Assembly (NCBI GenBank): GCA_027730605.1
Contig: JAQCGN010000001.1
Location: 1 to 60,265, forward strand
From: Actinomycetota bacterium
GTDB lineage: Bacteria; Actinomycetota; Actinomycetes; S36-B12; UBA5976
Reading direction: 5' to 3'
DNA: 60,265 nucleotides
Part shown: positions 19,826 through 30,429 of the stretch, one piece after another
Position numbering within the stretch: the stretch's first letter is position 1
Layout of the letters: each line of letters starts with the position of its first letter
Position numbers and translations under genes: made by a program
The notes under the pieces: model-generated
Told to the model about the DNA's origin: nothing
What the model saw: only the letters and a program-made list of their open reading frames with translations
Database searches by the model: none

Positions 19826-22735
19826 ATGACTGCACTAACTTCCAAGCGCAACGAACCCCAAAGGCATGGATCGGCTGTTGCAGATAAATTAATTGTTCGA
19901 GGTGCGCGGGAACATAATTTAAAAGATATTTCACTTGAGTTACCCAGAGATTCCCTCATTGTTTTTACCGGTTTATCAGGATCAGGTAAATCTTCCTTAG
20001 CTTTTGACACAATTTTTGCTGAAGGTCAAAGAAGATATGTTGAGAGTCTTTCTGCTTATGCCCGTCAATTTTTGGGCCAAATGGATAAGCCAGATGTTGA
20101 TTTCATCGAAGGATTATCACCTGCTGTTTCAATTGATCAAAAATCAACTAACAGAAATCCTCGCTCCACAGTTGGAACAATTACTGAAGTCCACGATTAT
20201 TTACGTCTACTTTATGCGCGAGCTGGTACACCTCATTGTCCTAAATGTGGTTCAGTTATTCACCGTCAAACGCCACAACAAATTGTCGATCAAGTTTTGG
20301 AATTACAAGATGGAACAAAATTTCAAGTTTTAGCACCTGTCATCAGAGGCAGGAAAGGTGAATACCAAGATCTTTTTAAAGAACTACAAACCCAAGGATT
20401 CTCCAGAGCGCGCATAGATGGACAAACCTATGCCCTAACTGAGGTTCCGGTTTTAAAGAAACAAGAAAAACATAATATAGATGTTGTAGTTGATCGATTA
20501 AGTGTTAAAGCAGAATCAAGACAACGAATCACAGATTCTGTTGAAACTGCTTTGAGACTGGCTAATGGAACTGTGGTACTGGATTTTGTTGATGAACCTG
20601 CTAAATCAAAGAATAAAGAAAGAGTTTATTCAGAACATCTTGCCTGCACTGAGTGTGAAATATCTTTTGATCAATTAGAACCAAGGTCATTTTCGTTTAA
20701 CTCTCCATTTGGGGCTTGCGCAGAATGCAGCGGCTTAGGAAATCATTTAGAAGTGGATGAAGATTTAGTAATCCCTAATAAGGACCTTTCCATAAGGGAT
20801 GGCGCCATAGCGCCTTGGTCAAATTCTTCAGCTGAGGGATATTGGTCCAAATTACTTGAAGCCGTTGCAAGAGATCTAAAGTTCTCACTCGAAACTCCAT
20901 TTAAAAAACTACCGGAAAAAATTAAAACAGCTTTAATGTATGGCTACGACAGCAGTATTAACGTCAAATATAAAAACTCTTACGGCCGACAGAGATCTTA
21001 TTGGACAGAATTTGAAGGTGTCATTGAAAATATCCAAGCGCGTCATGAAAAATCTGATTCAGATGCAGCGCGTGAACATCTTGAAGGATTCATGCGCCAA
21101 AAACCTTGCAAGACTTGTAAAGGAGCCCGACTAAAACCAGTATCACTTGCAGTAAAAATTGGAAACAAAAACATTGCTGAAATGAGTTCAATGTCAATTG
21201 GTGAAGTAACCGAATTCATTACAAATCTTAAGTTGGGTAAGCGAGAAATGGCTATCGCTCAAAGAGTTCTCAAAGAAGTCATTGAAAGATTGCAATTCTT
21301 ACTTGATGTAGGACTTGATTATCTGTCCTTAGATAGAGCAGCTGGAACATTATCTGGAGGTGAAGCTCAAAGAATTCGCCTTGCAACACAAATTGGATCT
21401 GGTCTAGTTGGGGTCCTCTATGTATTGGATGAACCAAGTATTGGTTTGCATCAAAGAGATAACAAAAAACTAATCGATACTTTGATCAGATTGAGAAATT
21501 TAGGTAACACCTTAATCGTTGTTGAGCATGACGAAGAAACAATTCGCGCAGCCGATTGGGTTGTGGATATTGGTCCAGGTGCAGGTGAACATGGCGGATA
21601 TGTAGTTTCAAGTGGAACAGTTAAAGACCTTGAAAATAATAAAAAATCAATTACCGGAGATTACATTTCTGGTCGCAAAAGTGTCGTTGTTTCGAAAAAG
21701 AGAAGGCCAATAGATAAAGAAAGAATGATTAAAGTTGTTGAGGCTCAAGAAAATAACCTAAAAAAGGTAACAGTTGATTTTCCTTTGGGAGTCTTTGTTG
21801 CAGTCACAGGTGTTAGTGGTTCAGGAAAATCAACACTGGTAAATGACATTTTGTACTCAGCTTTAGCCAGAGATTTACATCAAGCTCGAATTGTTCCAGG
21901 ACAACATAAAAAAGTTGAAGGAATCAAACATCTAGACAAAGTAGTCCATGTTGATCAAAGTCCTATTGGGCGAACACCTCGAAGTAATCCTGCTACTTAC
22001 ACAGGAGTTTTTGATAATGTTCGAAAACTTTTCGCAGAAACCAGTGAAGCAAAAATTAGGGGATACCAGCCAGGTCGATTTAGTTTTAACGTTAAAGGTG
22101 GAAGGTGTGAGCCTTGTTCAGGTGATGGAACTATTCAAATTGAAATGAACTTTTTACCAGATGTTTATGTTCCTTGTGAAGTTTGCCAAGGTACCAGATA
22201 CAACAGAGACACTCTAGAAGTTCACTACAAGGGTAAAACAATTAGTGATGTTCTAAATATGCCCATAGAGCAAGCATTAACATTTTTTGAGTCCGTTCCT
22301 GCCATAGCAAGACATTTGAAAACTTTGGTTGATGTTGGTTTAGGTTATGTGCGTCTTGGTCAATCTGCCCCAACACTTTCCGGTGGAGAAGCCCAAAGGG
22401 TAAAACTTGCTACAGAATTACAAAGACGAAGCACTGGAAGAACAATTTATGTTTTGGATGAACCAACAACGGGTCTACATTTTGAAGATGTGAGAAAACT
22501 ATTAGGAGTCTTAGAAAGACTAGTTGATTCAGGAAATACTGTGATTGTTATTGAACATAATCTTGATGTAATTAAGAATTCTGATTGGGTCATTGACATG
22601 GGACCTGAAGGTGGATTTAGAGGTGGAACGATTGTTGCCCAAGGCACACCGGAACAAATTGCTAAATCAAATAACAGTTATACCGGAAAATATCTTGCAG
22701 CAATATTGAAGAATTCATCTAGTAAAGCTGGCTAA
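19826..22735 (+). CDS. uvrA: excinuclease ABC subunit A
   Basis: 969 aa. [21 protein letters not shown], two ABC modules ([26 protein letters not shown] twice) and zinc-finger cysteines. Confidence 0.97.
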   Translation: MTALTSKRNEPQRHGSAVADKLIVRGAREHNLKDISLELPRDSLIVFTGLSGSGKSSLAFDTIFAEGQRRYVESLSAYARQFLGQMDKPDVDFIEGLSPAVSIDQKSTNRNPRSTVGTITEVHDYLRLLYARAGTPHCPKCGSVIHRQTPQQIVDQVLELQDGTKFQVLAPVIRGRKGEYQDLFKELQTQGFSRARIDGQTYALTEVPVLKKQEKHNIDVVVDRLSVKAESRQRITDSVETALRLANGTVVLDFVDEPAKSKNKERVYSEHLACTECEISFDQLEPRSFSFNSPFGACAECSGLGNHLEVDEDLVIPNKDLSIRDGAIAPWSNSSAEGYWSKLLEAVARDLKFSLETPFKKLPEKIKTALMYGYDSSINVKYKNSYGRQRSYWTEFEGVIENIQARHEKSDSDAAREHLEGFMRQKPCKTCKGARLKPVSLAVKIGNKNIAEMSSMSIGEVTEFITNLKLGKREMAIAQRVLKEVIERLQFLLDVGLDYLSLDRAAGTLSGGEAQRIRLATQIGSGLVGVLYVLDEPSIGLHQRDNKKLIDTLIRLRNLGNTLIVVEHDEETIRAADWVVDIGPGAGEHGGYVVSSGTVKDLENNKKSITGDYISGRKSVVVSKKRRPIDKERMIKVVEAQENNLKKVTVDFPLGVFVAVTGVSGSGKSTLVNDILYSALARDLHQARIVPGQHKKVEGIKHLDKVVHVDQSPIGRTPRSNPATYTGVFDNVRKLFAETSEAKIRGYQPGRFSFNVKGGRCEPCSGDGTIQIEMNFLPDVYVPCEVCQGTRYNRDTLEVHYKGKTISDVLNMPIEQALTFFESVPAIARHLKTLVDVGLGYVRLGQSAPTLSGGEAQRVKLATELQRRSTGRTIYVLDEPTTGLHFEDVRKLLGVLERLVDSGNTVIVIEHNLDVIKNSDWVIDMGPEGGFRGGTIVAQGTPEQIAKSNNSYTGKYLAAILKNSSSKAG

Positions 22736-24640
22736 ATGGCAGATCCATCGCAATACCGCCCGAATAATGTGCCAGAGCTTCCAGGTGTTTATCGATTTAA
22801 AACGAAAGATGAAACAGTTATTTATGTTGGTAAAGCAAAAAATTTAAAGAATAGACTCAATAACTATTTCACAGATATTACTAATTTACATCCTCGTACT
22901 GCCATGATGGTTAAAACTGCCGCAATGGTGGATTGGGTAACAGTACACAATGAAGTAGAAGCATTACAACTTGAATTTACTTGGATTAAAGCGTTTAATC
23001 CAAGATTTAATGTTCGCTTTCGAGACAACAAAACTTATCCCTATCTCACACTTACCCTCAAAGATAAATTTCCTCAGATTGCAGTGACCAGAGGAACCAA
23101 GAAAAAAGGAAATAAATACTACGGACCCTTTACCCATGTTTGGGCAATAAGACAAACCATGGAACAGATAATTAAAGTTTTTCCAATTAGATCTTGCAAA
23201 GATACTGTTTATAGACGCCATGAACTGATGAAGAGACCTTGTTTACTTGGTGATATTGAACGATGTGCGGCTCCTTGTGTAGGTCGAGTTGATGAAAAAG
23301 AATACGGATTAATTGTTAATAATGTGCTCAGCTTTCTAAATGGTAACACCAAATCAATCTTTAAAGATTTAGAAAATGAAATGAATTCAGCAAGTCAAAA
23401 TCAGGAATATGAAAAAGCTGCCAGATTTCGAGATCGACTAGGTGCCCTAACAAAGGTCGTTGAATTAAACGCAATTGTTTTTGACGACGAAACAGATGCT
23501 GACTTAATAGCTTTGACTAGTGATGATCTTCATCTTTCAACACAAATTTTTCACGTTAGACAGGGACAAATTAAAGGTGAAAGATCATTTGTTTCTGATC
23601 GAATCGATCACAAATTAATGCCAGAGCATTTCGAAGATTTACTAGTTCAAATTTATGGTGAACTAGAAGGAGATTCCATTCCAAAGGAGATCTTGGTAAA
23701 CCACGATTTATCCAATCTGGAATCAGTAGTTGAGTGGATTTCCAAAAATGCAAGAAAAGCAGTGGATATACGAAAACCTCAACGAGGTGATAAAAGAAAA
23801 TTAATGGAAACTAGTGAGAAAAACTCTGAACAAAACTTAACCATGCACAAATTAAAGCGTTCTGCAGATCTTCTTTCTAGAACAAAGGCATTAGAGGAAT
23901 TAGCTGCCAGCCTAGATTTAGAACAAGCACCTTTACGTATTGAATGTATCGATGTGTCAAATATTTCTGGTACCAGCACAACAGCTTCTCTTGTTGTTTT
24001 CGAAGATGGAATTGCTCAAAAAAAGCACTATCGAACTTTCAACATCAAATCCTTTGAAGGACAAGATGATCCCAGAGCCATCCATGAAACAGTTTCAAGA
24101 CGTTATCGTTATTTGGTCGATGGTAATGATGAAGATAATGACACAAATAAGAAAAGTTTTGCTTATCGACCAAGTCTGTTGCTAATTGATGGAGGTCAAG
24201 CACAAGTCAATGCGGCTAGGGAAGCGTTAGACGAATTGGGTTTATCAGAAATTGAAACTGTTGGAATTGCAAAAAGACTTGAGGAACTTTGGAAACCAGG
24301 AGAAAAAGATCCTATTTTGCTACCTCGAAATAGTGAAGCACTTTTTCTGGTGCAAAGAATCAGAGATGAAGCTCACAGATTTGCTATCACAAAAACGAGA
24401 ATGCGACATGCAAAATCTTCTTTAGCTTCAGAATTAGACGGAATTAAAGGTTTAGGGGAAAAGAAAATTAAGTCACTTCTGGAAAAATTTGGCTCGGTCA
24501 CGAACATCAGGAATCAACCCGTGGATGAACTAATTAAGGTTCCAGGTATCACAGAAGCTATTGCTGAGAACATTGTTGAGTATTTAAAAGATGTACCCAC
24601 CAAGTTTGACCCCTTGACCGGGGAAATTATAGAAAACTAG
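22736..24640 (+). CDS. uvrC: excinuclease ABC subunit C
   Basis: 634 aa. GIY-YIG N-terminus (PGVYRFK...VIYVGKAKNLKNR), UVR domain (YEKAARFRD), an endonuclease V-like domain and a C-terminal HhH. The ATG immediately follows the uvrA TAA. Confidence 0.96.
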   Translation: MADPSQYRPNNVPELPGVYRFKTKDETVIYVGKAKNLKNRLNNYFTDITNLHPRTAMMVKTAAMVDWVTVHNEVEALQLEFTWIKAFNPRFNVRFRDNKTYPYLTLTLKDKFPQIAVTRGTKKKGNKYYGPFTHVWAIRQTMEQIIKVFPIRSCKDTVYRRHELMKRPCLLGDIERCAAPCVGRVDEKEYGLIVNNVLSFLNGNTKSIFKDLENEMNSASQNQEYEKAARFRDRLGALTKVVELNAIVFDDETDADLIALTSDDLHLSTQIFHVRQGQIKGERSFVSDRIDHKLMPEHFEDLLVQIYGELEGDSIPKEILVNHDLSNLESVVEWISKNARKAVDIRKPQRGDKRKLMETSEKNSEQNLTMHKLKRSADLLSRTKALEELAASLDLEQAPLRIECIDVSNISGTSTTASLVVFEDGIAQKKHYRTFNIKSFEGQDDPRAIHETVSRRYRYLVDGNDEDNDTNKKSFAYRPSLLLIDGGQAQVNAAREALDELGLSEIETVGIAKRLEELWKPGEKDPILLPRNSEALFLVQRIRDEAHRFAITKTRMRHAKSSLASELDGIKGLGEKKIKSLLEKFGSVTNIRNQPVDELIKVPGITEAIAENIVEYLKDVPTKFDPLTGEIIEN

Positions 24641-24662
24641 ACCAATAGGGCAGACTATAAAC

Positions 24663-25520
24663 ATGAGTAATCCAGAAGTTCTTATTGTCACAGGAATGTC
24701 AGGTGCAGGACGTTCAACTACGGCTCGTGCTCTAGAGGATTTAGGTTGGTTTGTAATTGATAACTTGCCCCCATCTGTTTTGATAACTGCACTAAACGAT
24801 GTTAGATCTCAAGGTGTATCAAGTCATATCGCAGTTGTTGTGGATGTACGAGGAGGAAAACTATTTGCCAATTTAGACAAAGCACTAATGGAAGTTAAGA
24901 AAGATAAGTGGCAATCAAGAGTTCTATTCTTGGAAGCTTCAGACTTGGCATTAGTAAGAAGATTTGAAGGAAGTAGAAGACCCCATCCCTTGCAAGCCGA
25001 TGGCAGGGTCTTGGATGGACTTCAAAGAGAAAGGGAACTCTTAGGCGATTTAAGAGCAAATGCAGATGTTGTTATTGACACCTCGGATATGTCCTCTCCT
25101 GGATTGAGAACAGTTATTGAAAAAACTTTTGAAAGCGATGTTGAAACATTTCAAGTAACAATTTTGTCATTTGGGTTTAAATACGGTATTCCTATAGATG
25201 CAGATTTTGTTTTTGATGTCAGATTCTTAGCAAATCCTTTCTGGGAAGAGGATTTGAAGAATCTCACCGGATTAGACAAACAGGTCCAAGACTTTGTACT
25301 CAAACAAGATGGTGCTAATCAATTTTCTCAATCAATATTTGATTTAGTGGGTGTTACCAAATCTGGTTATCTGCGTGAAGGCAAAAAGTATGTGACAGTG
25401 GCAGTTGGATGCACTGGTGGAAAACATCGAAGTGTAACTATTGCTGAACAAGTTTCACAAAAATTGCAATCAGATGGAAACAAAGTAAGAGTTGTGCACC
25501 GAGATTTAGGCAAAGAATAG
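24663..25520 (+). CDS. rapZ: RNase adapter / nucleotide-binding protein RapZ
   Basis: 285 aa. GMSGAGRST P-loop, DVRFLANPFW, and CTGGKHRSV near the C-terminus. Confidence 0.92.
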   Translation: MSNPEVLIVTGMSGAGRSTTARALEDLGWFVIDNLPPSVLITALNDVRSQGVSSHIAVVVDVRGGKLFANLDKALMEVKKDKWQSRVLFLEASDLALVRRFEGSRRPHPLQADGRVLDGLQRERELLGDLRANADVVIDTSDMSSPGLRTVIEKTFESDVETFQVTILSFGFKYGIPIDADFVFDVRFLANPFWEEDLKNLTGLDKQVQDFVLKQDGANQFSQSIFDLVGVTKSGYLREGKKYVTVAVGCTGGKHRSVTIAEQVSQKLQSDGNKVRVVHRDLGKE

Positions 25521-25635
25521 TAACAATAGTTAAATTCTGTAACCAATGTTACTCGTGTGACATGTAAGGCTGTTTTACTCAAAATAATTTCTAAACAATC
25601 TGACACGCCGAGGTAAATGTGTCAAAATAGAACAT

Positions 25636-26616
25636 ATGGCTATGACTTCTGCAGTAAAAGATGAATTAGCACGAGTTGAACTAAATAAAACTTGTTGTAG
25701 GAAAGCTGAAGTATCAGCTCTTCTCAGATTTGCCGGCGGTCTTCACCTTGTTGCAGGTCAAATAGTGGTGGAAGCTGAATTAGATGCAGGCCAGATTGCC
25801 CGAAGATTAAGAAAAGACATTATTGAACTTTTTGGGCATGAAGCAGAGTTGTCTGTCTTGCAAGGTTCAGGTATTCGTAAAGGTGCACGCTATGTCGTTC
25901 GGGTGGTGCAAGGCGGAGATGTTTTAGCCAAACAAACAGGATTAATTGATGCAGCAGGCCGCCCAATCAGAGGATTACCACCTTCAGTAGTTGGTGGTGG
26001 AATTTGTGATGCTGAATCAGCTTGGCGGGGGGCATTCTTGGCTCATGGTTCATTAACTGAACCAGGCAGATCAAGTGCTTTAGAAATAACTGCTCCAGGA
26101 CCAGAAGCTGCATTGGCTTTAGTTGGTGCGGCAAGAAGATTAGATGTGGTTGCAAAAGCACGAGAAGTTCGAGGTGTTGATCGAGTTGTGATAAGAGATG
26201 GTGATGCTATTGGCGCACTCTTAACCAGATTAGGTGCACACACCGCAGTAATGGCATGGGAAGAAAGAAGAATGCGCAGAGAAGTACGCGCAACAGCAAA
26301 TCGATTAGCAAATTTTGATGACGCCAATCTTCGACGAAGTGCGCAAGCTGCAGTTGCAGCAGGTGCAAGGGTGGCGCGCGCAATGGAAATTTTAGGTAGC
26401 GAAATACCAGATCATTTAAGAGCAGCAGGTGAATTACGAATCACCCACAAACAAGCAAGTTTGGAAGAACTTGGTGCATTAAGTGATCCACCTCTAACTA
26501 AAGATGCCATTGCAGGGCGCATCAGACGATTGTTAGCAATGGCTGACAAACGTGCTAATGAACTTGGAATTCCAACAACTGAAGCCTCTCTCACGCCAGA
26601 AATGTTGGAAGGGTAG
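25636..26616 (+). CDS. whiA: DNA-binding sporulation/cell-division regulator WhiA
   Basis: 326 aa. MTSAVKDEL.....[18 protein letters not shown], degenerate LAGLIDADG-like domains, and a C-terminal HTH ([22 protein letters not shown]). Confidence 0.94.
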   Translation: MAMTSAVKDELARVELNKTCCRKAEVSALLRFAGGLHLVAGQIVVEAELDAGQIARRLRKDIIELFGHEAELSVLQGSGIRKGARYVVRVVQGGDVLAKQTGLIDAAGRPIRGLPPSVVGGGICDAESAWRGAFLAHGSLTEPGRSSALEITAPGPEAALALVGAARRLDVVAKAREVRGVDRVVIRDGDAIGALLTRLGAHTAVMAWEERRMRREVRATANRLANFDDANLRRSAQAAVAAGARVARAMEILGSEIPDHLRAAGELRITHKQASLEELGALSDPPLTKDAIAGRIRRLLAMADKRANELGIPTTEASLTPEMLEG

Positions 26617-26691
26617 AATCTTACTGGCAACGTCGCCAAAATGGCAGTAAAAATTTAGTCCTTAAATCTATTTTCTGGAGTTGATCACTAA

Positions 26692-27741
<1,050 letters not shown>

Positions 27742-27748
27742 ATTATTA

Positions 27749-28954
27749 ATGAAAACAATTGATGATATTGATGTAAATAATCAGCGCGTTTTATTACGCG
27801 CTGATTTAAATGCCCCCATGAAATCTGACGCCACAGGGCAAATGCAAATTACTGATGATGGTCGTTTAAAAGCAAGTGTTGCAACAATTAATGATTTGAG
27901 AAAAAAGAATGCCAAAGTAATCATTTTGGCTCACCTTGGTAGACCAAAAGGTGAAAGAAAGCCTGAATTATCTCTCAAGCCTATTTCAAAAAGATTAAGT
28001 GAACTATTAAACAGTGAAATACATTTCATTGAAGATATTCATGCTGAAAATGCCACCCAAGTTGTCAATAATTTAAAGCCAGGTGAAATTGCAATGATTG
28101 AGAATATTCGATTTGAAAAAGATGAAACCAGCAAAGATATATCGGATCGTCAAAGATTAGCTAAATTATTAGCAAGTTTTGGTGATTTTTTTGTTATTGA
28201 CGGATTTGGGGTAGTTCATAGAGAACAAGCCTCGGTAACAGATATTGCTCGGGTGCTACCAAAAGCTGTGGGTCGACTAGTGCAAGCTGAACAAAAAGCT
28301 TTTGACAAAGTATTAAATAATCCTCAAAGACCATACGTTGTAGTTTTAGGTGGATCAAAAGTTAGCGACAAATTAGGGGTAATTAATAATTTAATCAATA
28401 AAGTCGACAAAATATTAATCGGTGGGGGAATGGCTTTTACATTTCTTAAGGCCCAAGGTTATGAGGTTGGTGATTCTCTTTTAGAAATCGACCGATTGGA
28501 TGAAGTTAAGCAACTAATGAAAACAGCAAAGGAAAAAAATGTGGAATTGGTTTTACCAATTGACATTGTGGTTTCAAAACAATTAGATGGATCAGCCCCT
28601 GTATCTGTGGTTTTGGCCAATGAAATTCCTGTTGGATTAAAAGGTCTTGATATTGGTCCTAAAACAAGTGAATTATTTGCAAGTAAAATCAATGACGCAA
28701 AGACTGTTGTTTGGAATGGGCCAATGGGAGTATTTGAAGTAAACGCATTTGCCTCGGGCACAAAAACAGTTGCCCAAGCACTTGCCCAAAGCAGTGCCTA
28801 TAGCGTTGTGGGTGGTGGAGATTCAGCAGCTGCAATTAGATCACTTGGCATAGACGAATCAAAGTTTGACCACATAAGTACAGGTGGCGGGGCTTCACTG
28901 GAACTTCTCGAAGGAAAAATTTTGCCAGGTTTAGCAGTTTTAGAAGAGGTGTAA
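27749..28954 (+). CDS. pgk: phosphoglycerate kinase
   Basis: MKTIDDIDVNNQRVLLRADLNAP..., HLGRPKG, GGGDS...STGGGASLE. I preferred ATG 27749 over the TTG at 27722, which overlaps gap. Confidence 0.95.
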   Translation: MKTIDDIDVNNQRVLLRADLNAPMKSDATGQMQITDDGRLKASVATINDLRKKNAKVIILAHLGRPKGERKPELSLKPISKRLSELLNSEIHFIEDIHAENATQVVNNLKPGEIAMIENIRFEKDETSKDISDRQRLAKLLASFGDFFVIDGFGVVHREQASVTDIARVLPKAVGRLVQAEQKAFDKVLNNPQRPYVVVLGGSKVSDKLGVINNLINKVDKILIGGGMAFTFLKAQGYEVGDSLLEIDRLDEVKQLMKTAKEKNVELVLPIDIVVSKQLDGSAPVSVVLANEIPVGLKGLDIGPKTSELFASKINDAKTVVWNGPMGVFEVNAFASGTKTVAQALAQSSAYSVVGGGDSAAAIRSLGIDESKFDHISTGGGASLELLEGKILPGLAVLEEV

Positions 28955-29740
28955 ATGACTAACGAAAATAGACAACCAGTTATGGCTGGTAACTGGAAGA
29001 TGAATGTGAATCATCTTGAAGCAATTGCTTACATGAACAAAATGGCATTTTCCTTAGTTGATGCAGATTATGCTCGAACTGAAGTTGTTATTTTTCCACC
29101 TTTTACAGATTTACGCTCAGTCCAAACTATTGTTGATGCAGACCATTTGAGTATCACTTACGGTGCCCAAGACATAAGTGCTCACGAAGCTGGAGCATAT
29201 ACCGGTGAAGTAAGTGGTTCAATGTTAAAAAAATTAAAAGCAAAATATGCACTAATTGGTCACAGTGAAAGACGTGCTCATCATAATGAAAGTGATGAAC
29301 TTGTTAATGCCAAAGTTAAAGCCGCAATTAAAAGCGATTTGATTCCCATGATTGCAGTTGGTGAAACTCTAGATATTCGTCAATCAGGTAACGCAATTGA
29401 GCACACACTTTCTCAAGTCACAGGTGCCCTAAAAGATGTCAGATCAAATTATGTTGATGAATCAGTTATTGCTTATGAACCTGTTTGGGCAATAGGAACA
29501 GGTGAAGTGGCAACTCCACAAGATGCTCAAGATATGTCTTTGGCAATAAGAGAAAAAATCTCCAAACTTTACAATCAAGAAGTAGCCGACAAAGTAAGAA
29601 TTCTTTATGGAGGTTCAGTAAAAGCAGGAAACGTCAAAACCATAATGGAACAACCAGATGTTGATGGAGCTTTAGTAGGTGGTGCCGCACTTGATCCTGA
29701 CGAATTCTTGCGCATCATTAGATGGCCAGATCAGCCTTAA
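28955..29740 (+). CDS. tpiA: triose-phosphate isomerase
   Basis: 261 aa. AGNWKMN, IGHSERR, AYEPVWAIGTG, YGGSV. The start abuts the pgk stop. Confidence 0.95.
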   Translation: MTNENRQPVMAGNWKMNVNHLEAIAYMNKMAFSLVDADYARTEVVIFPPFTDLRSVQTIVDADHLSITYGAQDISAHEAGAYTGEVSGSMLKKLKAKYALIGHSERRAHHNESDELVNAKVKAAIKSDLIPMIAVGETLDIRQSGNAIEHTLSQVTGALKDVRSNYVDESVIAYEPVWAIGTGEVATPQDAQDMSLAIREKISKLYNQEVADKVRILYGGSVKAGNVKTIMEQPDVDGALVGGAALDPDEFLRIIRWPDQP

Positions 29741-29833
29741 TTTGTGTGACTCACTAGGTCCCGAGACCTAAAAAAGTATGCCCCAAGTCGTATCCTTAAA
29801 AGAGCAAGATTGAGAAAGGTTAGAAAATCTAGA

Positions 29834-30073
29834 ATGACAATTATTTCCTGGACATTGGGTGTCATTTTAGTTATTTCTAACTTGTTGCTTGTGCTTTTAG
29901 TTTTACTACACCGTGGACGAGGTGGAGGACTTTCAGATTTATTTGGGGGAGGATTTAGTTCATCACTGGGTGGATCTTCTTTAGCAGAGAAAAATCTTGA
30001 TCGATTTACAATTGCAGTTGGCATTATCTGGTTAGCAAGCATTATTGGTTTTGGTTTAGTTTTAAGTGCTTAA
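29834..30073 (+). CDS. secG: preprotein translocase subunit SecG
   Basis: About 79 aa from ATG 29834. Two TM segments flank the G-rich loop HRGRGGGLSDLFGGG. The longest ORF starts at TTG 29810. Conserved tpiA-secG order. Confidence 0.85.
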   Translation: MTIISWTLGVILVISNLLLVLLVLLHRGRGGGLSDLFGGGFSSSLGGSSLAEKNLDRFTIAVGIIWLASIIGFGLVLSA

Positions 30074-30090
30074 AAACAAAGGAGAAATAA

Positions 30091-30426
30091 ATGGCTGGTG
30101 GTAGTGCAATCAGAGGAAGTCGCGTTGGAGCAGGCCCAATGGGTGAGGCAGAGCGCGGAGATGCAGCACCACGAGTTCGTTTATCTTTTTATTGTGCCCA
30201 TGGTCATGAAAGTAGACCTGCATTTGCAGTAGATGCACCAATTCCTGATACTTGGGATTGTCCAAGATGTGGATGGCCTGCTGGTCAAGATCAAGATAAT
30301 CCACCAAAACCTATAAAAAACGCACCATATAAAACACATTTAGCTTATGTTAAAGAGCGTCGTGACGATAAAGATGGCGATGCTATTTTGGCCGAAGCCA
30401 TAGATAAATTACGCGGAGATCGCTAA
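30091..30426 (+). CDS. rbpA: RNA polymerase-binding protein RbpA
   Basis: 111 aa. ...RGSRVGAGPMGEAERG..APR..ISFYC..GHE....FA......P..WDCPRCG and a C-terminal KTHLAYVKERR sigma-interaction region. An actinobacteria-specific protein. Confidence 0.9.
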   Translation: MAGGSAIRGSRVGAGPMGEAERGDAAPRVRLSFYCAHGHESRPAFAVDAPIPDTWDCPRCGWPAGQDQDNPPKPIKNAPYKTHLAYVKERRDDKDGDAILAEAIDKLRGDR

Positions 30427-30429
30427 AAC

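Noticed and set aside
20004-20333. 109-aa plus-strand ORF inside uvrA, along with similar short ORFs at 20940-21134 and 21948-22148.
   Set aside because: They are alternative reading frames of the strongly supported uvrA gene, with no independent start context or motifs.
16600-24700. Search for LexA SOS boxes (TCGAAC-N4-GTTCGA type) or a RecA-independent damage promoter upstream of uvrB, uvrA and uvrC.
   Set aside because: There is essentially no intergenic DNA upstream of uvrB and uvrC, and the 28 nt before uvrA contain no such motif. The only GTTCGAA strings I noticed are in a tRNA T-loop and inside the uvrB coding sequence. This was a scan by eye only.
25967-26639. Three antisense ORFs (64-94 aa) inside whiA. 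I also considered whether the locally higher G+C of whiA, rbpA and the binding-protein gene means horizontal transfer.
   Set aside because: Long antisense ORFs are expected where G+C rises. These are highly conserved or highly expressed core genes in their normal syntenic positions, so selection on the protein sequence is the simpler explanation.
29755-29770. Hairpin TAGGTC-CCGA-GACCTA after tpiA.
   Set aside because: It is followed by AAAAAAG rather than a T-tract on the coding strand, and no minus-strand gene could use it. It is probably incidental or a minor mRNA-stability element, so I do not call it a terminator.
29737-30042. 101-aa minus-strand ORF antisense to secG.
   Set aside because: It mirrors the G-rich secG loop (giving a Pro-rich antisense translation). 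It overlaps the tpiA stop and all of secG, and no family is recognisable.
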